Source of the DNA: an uncultured Polynucleobacter sp.
Lineage (GTDB): Bacteria > Pseudomonadota > Gammaproteobacteria > Burkholderiales > Burkholderiaceae
Reading direction: 5' to 3'
DNA length: 34,591 nucleotides
Assembly: GCA_964621735.1 (NCBI GenBank)
Contig: CAZUMD010000001.1
Location: 1-34,591 of the forward strand
How positions within the stretch are numbered: position 1 is the stretch's first letter; each line of letters opens with the position of its first letter. Below the pieces are notes generated by a model, which saw only the letters and a list, made by a program, of their open reading frames with translations, searched no databases and was not told the DNA's origin. Made by a program: the position numbers and the translations under genes. Below are positions 19,099 to 30,737 of the stretch, piece by piece.

Positions 19099-19875
19099 TT
19101 GAATATTCTTTCTAGCTTGCTCCGAAATCGCATCATTCCAACCATTGCCATGGTCGTGGTGATGTCGATCGGGATAGGCGCAGGCCTTTGGCAAATGAGC
19201 CGCGCTGCTGGAAAAATCGACAAAGCAGAAAAACTCGCATCCCAGATTGCGCTGCCCCCGCTGAATCTCAATACAAAACCCCAATGGACTTTAGCCGAGG
19301 CCGATAGTCGCCGCTTAGTTGTAGAGGGCGCGTTTTTAGCTGATCAGGCGATTTGGTTGGATAACCGCCCACAGCCGGGCGCGCCGGCATCCAAAGCGGG
19401 CTCAGGCCAGTCCGGATTCTATGTACTGATGCCGTTTCAGGTCGCTGGTTTTGACAATACGGTGATTTGGGTTCAGCGCGGCTGGGCGCCTCGCAATCGA
19501 GAAGACCGCTTGGCGCTGCCACCAATCAATACCCCCGGTGGTGCGTTGCAGATCGAGGGAATCGGCATTGCCCAGCCCGACCGCGTGTTTGAGTTAGGGG
19601 ATGGTGGAGTAGGCGGAAGTGGGCCAGTGCGGATACAGCAAAATCTGGATCTGACTAAGGAGTCTGAGCGCCATCGGTGGCAACAAATCCCCTTTGTTTT
19701 GAAGCAAATGAGTGATTCTGAAAAAGATGGCTTAATGCGAAATTGGACCGCAGCAGCAAGCGGCGTCGAACGCCATTATGCTTATGCATTCCAGTGGTTT
19801 GCACTCGCGCTGAGTGCCTTCTTATTTTGGTTGATTCATGGCTTGCTACGAATTCGCCAAACAACAAAAAGGTAG
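19099..19875 (+). CDS. SURF1 family oxidase assembly protein (start uncertain)
   Basis: GLWQ, LDNRP, VQRGWAP and HYAYAFQWFAL. The TTG 19099 start could instead be TTG 19117. Confidence 0.9.
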   Translation: MNILSSLLRNRIIPTIAMVVVMSIGIGAGLWQMSRAAGKIDKAEKLASQIALPPLNLNTKPQWTLAEADSRRLVVEGAFLADQAIWLDNRPQPGAPASKAGSGQSGFYVLMPFQVAGFDNTVIWVQRGWAPRNREDRLALPPINTPGGALQIEGIGIAQPDRVFELGDGGVGGSGPVRIQQNLDLTKESERHRWQQIPFVLKQMSDSEKDGLMRNWTAAASGVERHYAYAFQWFALALSAFLFWLIHGLLRIRQTTKR

Positions 19876-19882
19876 AACGATA

Positions 19883-20542
19883 GTGGAGAATAAAGAGCTG
19901 TTGATACCGGCGGCGCAACATGAGGCGCCGATACCAAACGCACAAACGCGCCGTGGCCGCATTCAAATGCTGTTGCTATTGTTTGCATGTGCTCTGCCGG
20001 TGATTGCCTCCTACTTTACGTTTTATGTATTAAAACCAGAAGGCGGGAAAACCAATTACGGTCGCTTGGTTACGCCTCCAGAGCAGGCCCAATCGGCTTG
20101 GTTTAATTTGCCTCTCGAGGGAAAGTGGACGCTGCTGGTTGCACGTCCTGCGGCCGAGTGTGTCAGCCAAAATGAATCGTGTTTGCAAGCCTTATTTTTA
20201 ATGCGCCAGGTACGCGTTGCACTCGGTAAGCAAAGTCCGCGTACGCAATTGGTTTGGGTGGTAACCGATGGCATGCCAGTCGATCCCCAAGTCAGGCGGG
20301 CATACGATGAGCAGACGGCCGGATTTTTTATTGTGAATGCACCTACCGCTACTGCAGAAAAAGAACAGTGGACCAATTGGCTCAATACGAGACAAGGCGG
20401 CAAGGACATTCAGCTCCTCAATCCGTTTGGGGAAAAGATGATGCAATTTGCTGTCACGGCAGATCCAAAAGAATTTGCCGGAATGCGCAAGGATCTAGAG
20501 AAGTTGCTCAAAGTGAACAAGGCGGGTGAAAAGATTCAATGA
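19883..20542 (+). CDS. Membrane-anchored thioredoxin/SCO-like protein of the cox cluster
   Basis: RRGRIQML TM helix, TNYGRL, GKWTLL, LFLMRQVRVALG and KDLEKLLK; GTG 19883. Confidence 0.75.
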   Translation: MENKELLIPAAQHEAPIPNAQTRRGRIQMLLLLFACALPVIASYFTFYVLKPEGGKTNYGRLVTPPEQAQSAWFNLPLEGKWTLLVARPAAECVSQNESCLQALFLMRQVRVALGKQSPRTQLVWVVTDGMPVDPQVRRAYDEQTAGFFIVNAPTATAEKEQWTNWLNTRQGGKDIQLLNPFGEKMMQFAVTADPKEFAGMRKDLEKLLKVNKAGEKIQ

Positions 20543-21660
20543 GCGATAGCGCAGTTCTCTTTCTGGAGTTAGCTGCAATCGCAATTGTGTTTGCGGGTAT
20601 ACCGCTGGCGTACTTATTTTCACGCCCAAGCCTCAATTTATTCCAGCGACTCAATTGGACCATTGTCTTTCTGACATTTGATTTAATCGTATTCGGTGCC
20701 TTTACTCGCTTAAGCGACTCTGGTCTGGGCTGCCCAGATTGGCCAGGATGTTATGGCACCTCAAATCCATTTCGCGCAATGGAGCAGATTCGTTTGGCGG
20801 AAGCGGCTATGCCAGACGGTCCAGTAACCGAAGTCAAAGCCTGGATTGAAATGCTGCACCGCTATTTAGCGATGACGGTTGGCGCATTAATAATCTTGCA
20901 AGTCAGTCTTGCCGTTGCCAAAGTAAAAGCGTTGGGCGCAAAAGCCGTGCTTGGTAGTCTTGGTTTATTGATATTGGTTTGCTTGCAAGGCGCATTTGGT
21001 GCATGGACGGTGACGTTAAAATTACAACCCATCATCGTATCGATTCATTTAATGCTCGCTTTAATCTTATTAGCCCTGCTCACCTGGTATGCACAACAGC
21101 CCTGGCAGGCAAGTAGCGCCCAAGCTTATAAGCCTCTCCTGTCTGGAAAACTGCTTGCAGTCAGTTTTGGAATTTTGTTCTGGCAAGTATTTTTAGGGGC
21201 TTGGGTTAGTACCAATTATGCGGTGTTGGCCTGCCCCGATTTTCCGACCTGCATGGGTAGCTTTAGGCCAGAGACCGATTGGGGTAATGCATTTACCTTG
21301 TGGCGCGAGCTAGGGCTCGATGCACAAGGCGGAGCGATTTCAACCATCGCGCTGCAGACAATCCACTGGACGCACCGGGTATTTGCCATAGCCGTCACGC
21401 TGGTATTGGGTTATTTTGCTTGGCATGCATGGCACGTTGCGGGAGAGACTCATCCCAAATTACGTCGCTGGGCTCTAGCGGTTGTCACTTTGCTGGTATT
21501 GCAAGTGCTAACCGGTATATCCAATGTCGTCTTTCAGTGGCCTCTAGTGGCTGCCTTATTGCATACCGCAGGCGCGGCTGCCCTGGTCTTGTGCTTAGTC
21601 CGAATGGCAGCATGGGCTTCATGGAGTTACTCTGGGCCTAGAGTGAGGGGCATCGCATGA
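20539..21660 (+). CDS. ctaA: Heme A synthase (COX15/CtaA)
   Basis: [26 protein letters not shown] and IHWTHR. Confidence 0.92.
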   Translation: MSDSAVLFLELAAIAIVFAGIPLAYLFSRPSLNLFQRLNWTIVFLTFDLIVFGAFTRLSDSGLGCPDWPGCYGTSNPFRAMEQIRLAEAAMPDGPVTEVKAWIEMLHRYLAMTVGALIILQVSLAVAKVKALGAKAVLGSLGLLILVCLQGAFGAWTVTLKLQPIIVSIHLMLALILLALLTWYAQQPWQASSAQAYKPLLSGKLLAVSFGILFWQVFLGAWVSTNYAVLACPDFPTCMGSFRPETDWGNAFTLWRELGLDAQGGAISTIALQTIHWTHRVFAIAVTLVLGYFAWHAWHVAGETHPKLRRWALAVVTLLVLQVLTGISNVVFQWPLVAALLHTAGAAALVLCLVRMAAWASWSYSGPRVRGIA

Positions 21661-22556
21661 GTATTCAACCCAATAGCGCTGGATCTGCGGTGAGACCGAT
21701 GCCGAAGTGGCGTCAATATGTGGTTCTAACAAAGCCGCGGGTCACGATGTTGGCTGTTTTTTGCGCCATCATCGGTATGTTCTTGGCTACTCCGGGCATG
21801 GTACCGCTCTCGATACTCATTGGCGGAACAATTGGTATTTGGATGCTGGCCAGCGCTGCTTTTGCGGTCAACTGTTTGATTGAGCAAGCAGTGGATGCCA
21901 AGATGCGGCGTACTGCGTGGCGACCATCGGCCACCGGTGAAATTTCATCACCCCACATTATTATTTTTTCAATCATCATCGGTAGTATTGGGATGGTAGT
22001 GCTGTGGTATTTCACGAACCCATTAACGATGTGGCTGACCTTTGCTACCTTTGTGGGGTATGCAGTGATATATACCTGGTTCTTGAAGCCAGCTACGCCG
22101 CAAAACATTGTCATTGGCGGTCTCTCTGGGGCAATGCCACCGGCGCTGGGTTGGGTTGCAGTCACGAACTCCCTATCGGCCGAGGCGTGGTTGCTAGTTT
22201 TAATTATCTTTGCTTGGACTCCCCCGCACTTTTGGGCGCTTGCTTTGTATCGCCGCGAAGATTATGAAAAGTCTGGACTACCCATGCTACCCGTAACACA
22301 CGGCGAGCGCTTTACCTTATTGAACATCTTGCTCTATACCTTGATTTTGATTGCAGCCACTTTATTACCCTACATTTATGGCATGAGCGGTTTGCTCTAT
22401 TTGATTGGCGCAGTTATTTTGGGCTTAATCTTCTTGGCCTATGCAATTGCCTTGTATATGTCGTATAGCGATCAACTGGCGAAGAAGACCTTTCGTTATT
22501 CGATCACCTATTTATCCCTGCTCTTTGCTGTTCTACTAATTGACCATTATGTTTAG
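21657..22556 (+). CDS. cyoE: Heme O synthase (protoheme IX farnesyltransferase)
   Basis: [23 protein letters not shown] and [10 protein letters not shown]. Confidence 0.95.
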   Translation: MSIQPNSAGSAVRPMPKWRQYVVLTKPRVTMLAVFCAIIGMFLATPGMVPLSILIGGTIGIWMLASAAFAVNCLIEQAVDAKMRRTAWRPSATGEISSPHIIIFSIIIGSIGMVVLWYFTNPLTMWLTFATFVGYAVIYTWFLKPATPQNIVIGGLSGAMPPALGWVAVTNSLSAEAWLLVLIIFAWTPPHFWALALYRREDYEKSGLPMLPVTHGERFTLLNILLYTLILIAATLLPYIYGMSGLLYLIGAVILGLIFLAYAIALYMSYSDQLAKKTFRYSITYLSLLFAVLLIDHYV

Positions 22557-23175
22557 TTTGAATTTACGCCCTATTCTGAAACTGGCCCCAAGTAGGATAT
22601 TTGGACTGGGCTTGTTATCGCTTCTGATTGTTGGCGTCCTTGGATGTAGTCCAAAGCCCAGCTTTAAGAATGTCGATATTACGGGCAGCACTGCCTTTGG
22701 TAACAACTTTAGTTTGCTCGATACCAATGGCAATACAAAAACCATGGCCGATTACAAAGGCAAAGTAGTTGTATTATTTTTTGGTTTTACACAATGCCCC
22801 GATGTTTGCCCCACCACCTTAACGGAGATGGAAGAGGCACTCAAGTTACTTGGCCCAAAAGCCGATAAGGTACAGGTCATTTTTGTCACCGTTGATCCTG
22901 AGCGCGATACGGCAAGCGTGTTGGCGCAGTACGTGCCCGCATTTAATCCACGCTTTGTTGGACTTCGCCCCGCCGACGAAGCCGGGCTTGAGAAGGTAAC
23001 CAAGGACTTTCGGATCTATTACAAAAAAGTACCCGGATCCAAGCCGGACTCATACACCATCGACCATACCGCGGGAAGTTACGTATTTGATCAGAATGGT
23101 CAGTTACGCCTTTACATCAAGCATGCGCAAGGACCTGAGGTCTTAGCGCATGACTTGAAAAACATTCTGCAATAA
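22549..23175 (+). CDS. SCO1/SenC copper chaperone (lipoprotein)
   Basis: VLGC lipobox, [19 protein letters not shown] and IDHT. Confidence 0.93.
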   Translation: MFSLNLRPILKLAPSRIFGLGLLSLLIVGVLGCSPKPSFKNVDITGSTAFGNNFSLLDTNGNTKTMADYKGKVVVLFFGFTQCPDVCPTTLTEMEEALKLLGPKADKVQVIFVTVDPERDTASVLAQYVPAFNPRFVGLRPADEAGLEKVTKDFRIYYKKVPGSKPDSYTIDHTAGSYVFDQNGQLRLYIKHAQGPEVLAHDLKNILQ

Positions 23176-23188
23176 AAACAGAATTTTT

Positions 23189-24124
23189 TTAGGCTGCCGA
23201 TGTTTCGAGCAGGCCACGCATTTTTTTGAGGGCTGCGGTTTCGATTTGGCGTACCCGTTCTGCTGATATGCCGTACTCTGCGGCCAACTCATGCAATGTT
23301 TTCGTGCCATTGCCCTCAGCGTCCATGGAAAGCCAGCGCGATTGCACAATGTCACGGCTGCGATCGTCTAGTCCGCTTAAGGCTTGATCTAATAAGGGCC
23401 CATGCAAACGGCTTGCATCGTTTGCGGCCATCACCCGAGTTGGCTCTTGACTCTCGTCAGCCAGCCACTGAATCGGCGCATACGCCTCTTCATCGGAATC
23501 ATCGCCGTCCAAGGCAACATCGCCACCTGCTAAGCGCATTTCCATCTCACGCACTTCTGCACCTTTTACATCCAAGGCTTTAGCTAAGGCTTCAACCTCG
23601 CTTGAGCTAAGTGCATTGAGTGTTGGCTTGTTGCTGCGCAGATTGAAAAACAATTTGCGCTGCGCTTTCGTTGTTGCAAGCTTAACGAGGCGCCAATTTT
23701 TTAGAATGTATTCATGAATCTCTGCTTTGATCCAATGAATCGCATACGAAACCAAGCGCGCACCTTGCGTTGGGTCGTAGCGCTTGACTGCCTTCATCAG
23801 GCCAAGATTACCTTCTTGTATTAGGTCTGCATGCGGAATGCCATAGCCCAAGTATTGGCGTGCAACCGATACGACGAGCCGCAAGTGGGAGAGAACCAAG
23901 CCTTTTGCAGCATCAACGCTCTCAGTGCGTCGAAACTCTTGCGCTAGGTGTAACTCTTCCGCAGCGCTGAGCATCGGTAAGCGATTGACATACGCAATAT
24001 AGGAATCCAATGTGCCAACTCCCAGGGAGGGCAGCATGGATGTGCTGAGACTGGCGCTCATACTTCCTTGATACGAAAATGGCGCAGCAGCAATAGGGGA
24101 CTTCAATATGTTCTTTTGGACCAT
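23189..24124 (-). CDS. rpoH: RNA polymerase sigma factor RpoH (sigma32)
   Basis: DLIQEGNLGLMKAV, RpoH box QRKLFFNLR and SAERVRQIE. Confidence 0.96.
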   Translation of the reverse strand: MVQKNILKSPIAAAPFSYQGSMSASLSTSMLPSLGVGTLDSYIAYVNRLPMLSAAEELHLAQEFRRTESVDAAKGLVLSHLRLVVSVARQYLGYGIPHADLIQEGNLGLMKAVKRYDPTQGARLVSYAIHWIKAEIHEYILKNWRLVKLATTKAQRKLFFNLRSNKPTLNALSSSEVEALAKALDVKGAEVREMEMRLAGGDVALDGDDSDEEAYAPIQWLADESQEPTRVMAANDASRLHGPLLDQALSGLDDRSRDIVQSRWLSMDAEGNGTKTLHELAAEYGISAERVRQIETAALKKMRGLLETSAA

Positions 24125-24163
24125 TGTTAACTTGTGATTATCAGTAGTAAGAATGACTCCATT

Positions 24164-24190
24164 TTAGCACTCTATTTAGGAGAGTGCTAA
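24164..24190. promoter_or_regulatory. CIRCE operator (HrcA site) upstream of rpoH
   Basis: Perfect TTAGCACTC-N9(TATTTAGGA)-GAGTGCTAA. Confidence 0.95.
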
Positions 24191-24218
24191 TTCCCTAATA
24201 AATTTATAACTTACTGAT

Positions 24219-25106
24219 TTAATTGAATAATTCCGTCGCATACTGCTTTGCATTGAAGGCCAGCAGGTCCTTAATCCCCTCTCCCTTGCCCAGCGCAAAG
24301 ATGAGTGGCTTGGCCTCCCCCTGGAAGGTTTGTGCCAAGGCACAAATCACCCCACCTTTAGCCGTGCCATCCAGCTTGGTGACGATTAATCCAGTGAGGC
24401 CTAGGGCGGCGTGGAAGGCCTTTACCTGACTAATACCGTTTTGACCGGTATTGCCATCTAGGACCAAGAGGATTTGATGGGGCGCTCCAGGCAGCGCCTT
24501 AGCAATCACACGCTTGACCTTTTTAAGCTCCTCCATCAAGTTATCTTGGGTTGCCAGGCGACCGGCTGTATCGATAATCAACACATCACTTTTACGGGCA
24601 ATGGCGGCATGGATGGCGTCATGCGCCACAGCGGCAGCATCACCGCTTTCTTGGCTCACCAGGTCTACCCCATTGCGCACAGCCCACTCTTTGAGCTGAT
24701 TGCGTGCAGCCGCTCGAAAGGTATCCCCTGCAGCCAATAGAACAGCGCGTTCTTGCGACTGAAAATGATGGCAGAGCTTGCCGATCGTTGTCGTTTTACC
24801 AGCGCCGTTTACGCCAACCACCAGCCACACTTCGGGCTGGTGCGCCGATTGCATGAAAAGGGGATTGGGATTGGCTTCAAGACTGGAAAGCAGGGTACTA
24901 ACAGCATCAATCAGGAGCGCCTGTAGCGCTTCTGGGGAAGCGGCTTTTTCTGATTTGGCGGCGGCACGTAGGGTCTCCATCAGCCGCTCCGTTGTGGGTA
25001 AACCAACATCACTTTGAATTAGTGACTCTTCAAGTGTGTCAAACCATGCCTCATCCGTGCGGCTTGATTTAAACAGGGACCCTAGGGTTTTACGTAATCC
25101 AAACAT
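24219..25106 (-). CDS. ftsY: SRP receptor FtsY (NG domains only)
   Basis: GVNGAGKTTTIGKL, DTFRAAA, DTAGRL and TKLDGTAKGG. Confidence 0.96.
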   Translation of the reverse strand: MFGLRKTLGSLFKSSRTDEAWFDTLEESLIQSDVGLPTTERLMETLRAAAKSEKAASPEALQALLIDAVSTLLSSLEANPNPLFMQSAHQPEVWLVVGVNGAGKTTTIGKLCHHFQSQERAVLLAAGDTFRAAARNQLKEWAVRNGVDLVSQESGDAAAVAHDAIHAAIARKSDVLIIDTAGRLATQDNLMEELKKVKRVIAKALPGAPHQILLVLDGNTGQNGISQVKAFHAALGLTGLIVTKLDGTAKGGVICALAQTFQGEAKPLIFALGKGEGIKDLLAFNAKQYATELFN

Positions 25107-25188
25107 TGTCGATACAATCCATTTAAAGGCATATGTGTTCTATAAGTGCATCTTATCAACTAAATCTAACATGATGGCGGTCTAGTCA

Positions 25189-26580
25189 ATGCAATCTTCC
25201 CATTTACGCAATGGCATTTTCGTATTGCTGTGCCAACTGGCTTTAGCTGGATTTCAGCTAGCGCAGGCGCAAGCGAAGCCCGACTCGGCGCAGACCCACG
25301 AATATCGGCTGGCCAATGGCCTGAAGTTAATTGTTCGTGAAGATAATCGTGCCCCCACTGTAGCCCATATGGTTTGGTACAAGGCCGGATCCATGGACGA
25401 AACCAATGGCCGTACGGGCGTGGCTCACGTGCTCGAGCACATGATGTTTAAGGGTACTAAAACCATCAAATCCGGTGACTTTTCAAAGCGAGTTGCTGCA
25501 ATGGGTGGCCGCGAAAACGCCTTCACCTCAATGGACTACACCGCCTATTTTCAGCAAATTGAGCGAAGCAAGTTAGCTGAAGTCATGCGCCTGGAAGCAG
25601 ACCGGATGAATAACCTCAATTTTGACGATGCGGAATTTGCCAAGGAAATTCAGGTAGTGATGGAAGAGCGTAGGCTGCGTACCGAAGATAAAGCGTCGGG
25701 TTTGCTCTATGAAAACCTCATGGCAACGGCGTACAAAGCAACACCCTATCGTCACCCCATTATTGGCTGGATGAATGATTTAGAAAACATGGTGCCCAAT
25801 GATGCACGCCAGTGGTACCGCGATTGGTATGCACCAAACAATGCAACGGTTGTGATAGCCGGGGATGTTGATCCAGAAAAAGTACGAGTCATCGCTGAGG
25901 CAACGTATGGAACATTGAGCGCGCGCGAGTTACCCATTCGTAAGCCACAAATCGAGCCAGCCCAACGCGGCACTAAGCAGGTGATTGTGAAAGCTCCGGC
26001 TGATACGCCGCAATTGGCAATGGCCTGGAAGGTGCCGCACATTGACCCTGCAAAAATAGAAGATTACGAGCCATACGCACTCGCTTTATTGGCGGCGGTC
26101 TTGGACGGCTATGACAACGCTAGACTGAATCGAGCGCTAGTAAAACAAGACCGAATAGCCAACTCGATTGATGCGGGTTATGACATGGTTGCCCGTGGCC
26201 CCCAGCTATTTATGATTCTAGGCACCGTGGCAAAAGGGAAGACAGTAGCGCAACTGGAAAACGGTATCCGATCCGTTTTATCGGAGCTCAAAACAAAAGG
26301 CATTACGGCGGCCGAGTTAAAGCGTATCCAGGTGCGCATCTTGGCCGACAAAATATACAAACGCGATTCTATTTTTGGTCAAGCCATGGAAATTGGTAGC
26401 TCTGAAATTGCAGGCGTCTCCTGGAAGCAGCTTGATCCTATCCTGGATCGACTGCAGAAGGTTACGCCAGAACAGGTGCAGGCAGTGGCTAAAAAGTACT
26501 TAATTGACGATACGCTGACGATTGCGACCTTAGAGCCGCAAGCCCGAGGGGCAGCTAAGTTGCCATACAAAGCATTCTGA
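25189..26580 (+). CDS. M16 family zinc peptidase, catalytic subunit
   Basis: Signal peptide, HVLEHMMFKGT (HxxEH), NAFTS and VMEERR. Confidence 0.93.
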   Translation: MQSSHLRNGIFVLLCQLALAGFQLAQAQAKPDSAQTHEYRLANGLKLIVREDNRAPTVAHMVWYKAGSMDETNGRTGVAHVLEHMMFKGTKTIKSGDFSKRVAAMGGRENAFTSMDYTAYFQQIERSKLAEVMRLEADRMNNLNFDDAEFAKEIQVVMEERRLRTEDKASGLLYENLMATAYKATPYRHPIIGWMNDLENMVPNDARQWYRDWYAPNNATVVIAGDVDPEKVRVIAEATYGTLSARELPIRKPQIEPAQRGTKQVIVKAPADTPQLAMAWKVPHIDPAKIEDYEPYALALLAAVLDGYDNARLNRALVKQDRIANSIDAGYDMVARGPQLFMILGTVAKGKTVAQLENGIRSVLSELKTKGITAAELKRIQVRILADKIYKRDSIFGQAMEIGSSEIAGVSWKQLDPILDRLQKVTPEQVQAVAKKYLIDDTLTIATLEPQARGAAKLPYKAF

Positions 26581-26591
26581 ACGAGAAAAAT

Positions 26592-27941
26592 ATGAGTCCA
26601 ATTACCCGCATTCAGTCAACCTTAGCTCAATTCATTGGTTTAGCCTGCTGTGTTTTTGCTAGTAACGCCTATGCCATCTTGCCGATTGAAACGCTTGATA
26701 CGGTTAAGGGAGCAAAAGCCTACTTTATTCAAACCAAGGCATTACCGATCATTGACGTGGAAGTCTCGATCGATGCTGGTAGTCGGTATGACCCTGAGAA
26801 CAAAAACGGCCTAGCTGCTCTAACAGCACAGCTACTGACCTTAGGCACTGGCAGCGGCAAGTCGAGCTTGAATGAGGCGCAAATTGCCGATCAGATTGCT
26901 GACCTTGGCGCTAGCATTAGCGTGGCAGCAAGCGGTGAGCGTACGGTGTTAAGGATACGCAGCTTAAGCCGCGCTGATTTGCGTGAGCAGGTTGTGCAGT
27001 TAGCCTCTGTGATTTTGGCAAAGCCGAGTTATGACGGCAAAGTGCTTGATCGAGAAAAGCAACGTCTGATTACTGCCTTACTTGAAGCCCAAACGAAGCC
27101 AGAAACCATTTTGCAGCAAAACTTGCGTAAAGCCGTTTACGGAAAATATCCACTGGCCTACTTTCCGACACCAAAAACAGTATCCGCAATTACTTCTGTT
27201 GATTTGCGAAACTTTCATGCCAGCTTATATCGTGGCGATCGCATCAGCATCAACATCGTTGGTGATCTAGATCGTGCGCAGGCTAACTCCATCGTGCAGA
27301 CTCTATTGGCCGGCTTGCCACAATCGGGTCCAGCCATTGCTCCGCTGCCAGTGATGCAGCAAACTCCACAAGGACCATTAAGTCAGCGCGAAGTACGAAT
27401 TCCGTTTGATACACAGCAAGCCCATATTGCCATGGGCATGACGGCCATTACGCGCAACAACCCTGATTTTTTTCCGCTGCTCGTTGGCAATTATGTTCTG
27501 GGTGGCGGCGGTTTTGTATCCCGCTTGATGGCTGAGGTTCGAGAAAAGCGCGGCCTTGCTTACAGCATCAATAGCTATTTTGCACCTGGCAAGGATGCGG
27601 GTTTTTTTGAGGCGGGTATGCAAACAAAAAAAGACCAAGCCATTCTGGGTTTAGAAGTGATGCAGAAAACGATTAGCCAATTTATTGCAGATGGTCCAAG
27701 CGAAGATGAGTTACTGGCCGCTAAGTCCAATTTAATCAATGGTTATCCATTGCGACTCGATAGCAATCGCAAACTGCTGGATAACCTCTCTGGCATTACC
27801 TGGAATGACTTGCCCCTCGACACCATGGAAACCTGGACCAAGCAGGTTGAGGCAGTAACGCTCAATCAAATACGCGCGGCCTTTCAGCGGCATTTGGATA
27901 TGAACCGAATGCAAATTGTCGTGGTTGGGATTAATAAATAA
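26592..27941 (+). CDS. M16 family peptidase, non-catalytic partner subunit
   Basis: AGS..DP and GLAALT with no HxxEH; LGGGGFVSRLMAEVREKRGLAY (R-Y motif). Confidence 0.9.
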   Translation: MSPITRIQSTLAQFIGLACCVFASNAYAILPIETLDTVKGAKAYFIQTKALPIIDVEVSIDAGSRYDPENKNGLAALTAQLLTLGTGSGKSSLNEAQIADQIADLGASISVAASGERTVLRIRSLSRADLREQVVQLASVILAKPSYDGKVLDREKQRLITALLEAQTKPETILQQNLRKAVYGKYPLAYFPTPKTVSAITSVDLRNFHASLYRGDRISINIVGDLDRAQANSIVQTLLAGLPQSGPAIAPLPVMQQTPQGPLSQREVRIPFDTQQAHIAMGMTAITRNNPDFFPLLVGNYVLGGGGFVSRLMAEVREKRGLAYSINSYFAPGKDAGFFEAGMQTKKDQAILGLEVMQKTISQFIADGPSEDELLAAKSNLINGYPLRLDSNRKLLDNLSGITWNDLPLDTMETWTKQVEAVTLNQIRAAFQRHLDMNRMQIVVVGINK

Positions 27942-27944
27942 GTA

Positions 27945-28544
27945 ATGCCGCAGTCGATGCAGTCTAAAAAAATACGCATCATCGGCGGGGTTTGGCGCAG
28001 TCGCCTAATCAAGGTAATTGATGTTCCTGGATTACGCCCAACTACCGATCGGGTTCGAGAAACCCTCTTTAATTGGTTGGGTCAAAATTTAGATGGCTTG
28101 CGCTGTTTGGATGCCTTTGCTGGAGCCGGAGCCCTTGGCTTTGAGGCTGTATCGCGGGGGGCAAGTGCGGTTACCTTGGTTGAGCGGGATAAAACCGCCT
28201 TTGCGAATTTACGGATCAACTTAAGCGATTTGCAGTCTTTTCCCGTTGATGCTTCAGTCGAATTGGTCCATGGCGATGGTATCGGCTTTCTAAAAAGGCA
28301 AGCGAATGCGTCGTGGGATCTGGTTTTTCTGGATCCCCCGTTTGATGATCTCGTGGCTCTAGAGTCCTCTGTGCGGGAAGCGGGGCGCGTCTGTGATGGC
28401 AGCAACGGCGGCCAAATCTACATTGAGACCGCCGTCAGTTGTGATTTAGCAGCGCTAAATAGCCTCATACCCCAATGGGTATGCTGCAAAGAAATGACGG
28501 CAGGCCAAGTAAAAGCACTCCTATTTCAGCTCAGAAGGGACTAA
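27945..28544 (+). CDS. rsmD: 16S rRNA m2G966 methyltransferase RsmD
   Basis: [34 protein letters not shown] and DPPF. Confidence 0.94.
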   Translation: MPQSMQSKKIRIIGGVWRSRLIKVIDVPGLRPTTDRVRETLFNWLGQNLDGLRCLDAFAGAGALGFEAVSRGASAVTLVERDKTAFANLRINLSDLQSFPVDASVELVHGDGIGFLKRQANASWDLVFLDPPFDDLVALESSVREAGRVCDGSNGGQIYIETAVSCDLAALNSLIPQWVCCKEMTAGQVKALLFQLRRD

Positions 28545-28581
28545 ACTTTGGCTATCTGCAGTTAGAACGAAAGATGAATGT

Positions 28582-29943
<1,362 letters not shown>

Positions 29944-29990
29944 GATCCAAAGTGTATTAGAGGCTAGAAGGTTAATAAAGCATTACTTAC

Positions 29991-30021
29991 AAAAAAGAAA
30001 ACCCGCAGAAGCGGGCTTTCT
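29991..30021 (-). terminator. Rho-independent terminator after rplY
   Basis: On the - strand: AGAAAGCCCGC-ttct-GCGGGTTTTCTTTTTT. Confidence 0.88.
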
Positions 30022-30042
30022 GAATCGAATACCAAAGCAGTA

Positions 30043-30690
30043 TTACGCTTTTGCATCCTTCTCTTTTGCCGCATCCGCCGGTGCTGCTGCAGGAGCTGCA
30101 ACAACAGCCTCTACAGGCTCAGCTTTAACGGTTGGTATACGTGCATTTACCAGTACTGGATTCTCTTGCTCTACGTGCAAGACCAAAGAAACACCTTTAG
30201 GCAAGGGAACGTCTTTAGCATGAATCGAATGGCCTACTTCAATGTTGCTTAGGTTCACTTCGATGAACTCTGGCAAATCGGCTGGTAAGCAGGTAACTTC
30301 AATGTCATTGGCAATGTGGCTGATGACGGCGCCGCCGAGTTTGACTGCAGCCGATTCTTCTGCGTGGGTAAAGTGCAAAGGAATGCGCATGTGGATTTTC
30401 TCAGTCGCTGAAACGCGTTGAAAATCAATGTGCAAGACCAGAGGCTTAAATGGATGCATTTGGTAGTCACGCAGTAATACTTTTTGTGACTTGCCGCCCA
30501 CTTCAATATCCAAAATGGACGAATGGAATGATTCTTTACGGAGGGCATGAAACAGGGCGTTGTGGTCAAGTTCGATGACCTCAGGCTTGTTTTTGCTGCC
30601 GTAAATAATGCCCGGAGTTTTACCGGAGTTGCGCAGGCGGCGGCTCGCACCCGTTCCCTGTACGCTTCTTTCAAAGGCTACGATTTTCAT
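30043..30690 (-). CDS. rplY: 50S ribosomal protein L25/Ctc (long form)
   Basis: [15 protein letters not shown] and HIDFQRV plus a C-terminal beta domain; ATG 30690 with GGAG SD. Confidence 0.96.
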   Translation of the reverse strand: MKIVAFERSVQGTGASRRLRNSGKTPGIIYGSKNKPEVIELDHNALFHALRKESFHSSILDIEVGGKSQKVLLRDYQMHPFKPLVLHIDFQRVSATEKIHMRIPLHFTHAEESAAVKLGGAVISHIANDIEVTCLPADLPEFIEVNLSNIEVGHSIHAKDVPLPKGVSLVLHVEQENPVLVNARIPTVKAEPVEAVVAAPAAAPADAAKEKDAKA

Positions 30691-30713
30691 AATGACTCCC
30701 AAATTGAGGTTAA

Positions 30714-30737
30714 TTTCCGTTCGCGACCAAACAGAAA
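30714..30737 (-). promoter_or_regulatory. rplY 5' leader hairpin with GGUCGC loop (L25-leader-like)
   Basis: TTTCTGTTT-GGTCGC-GAACGGAAA, just downstream of TATAAT (30746-30751, - strand). Confidence 0.6.

Noticed and set aside
24207-24219. IHF-like site (AATCAGTAAGTTA, - strand) upstream of rpoH
   Set aside because: One mismatch to a degenerate consensus in AT-rich DNA; too weak to call.
26592-27941. Second M16 gene as a pseudogene because it lacks HxxEH
   Set aside because: This is the normal non-catalytic partner of heterodimeric M16B peptidases; the ORF is intact.
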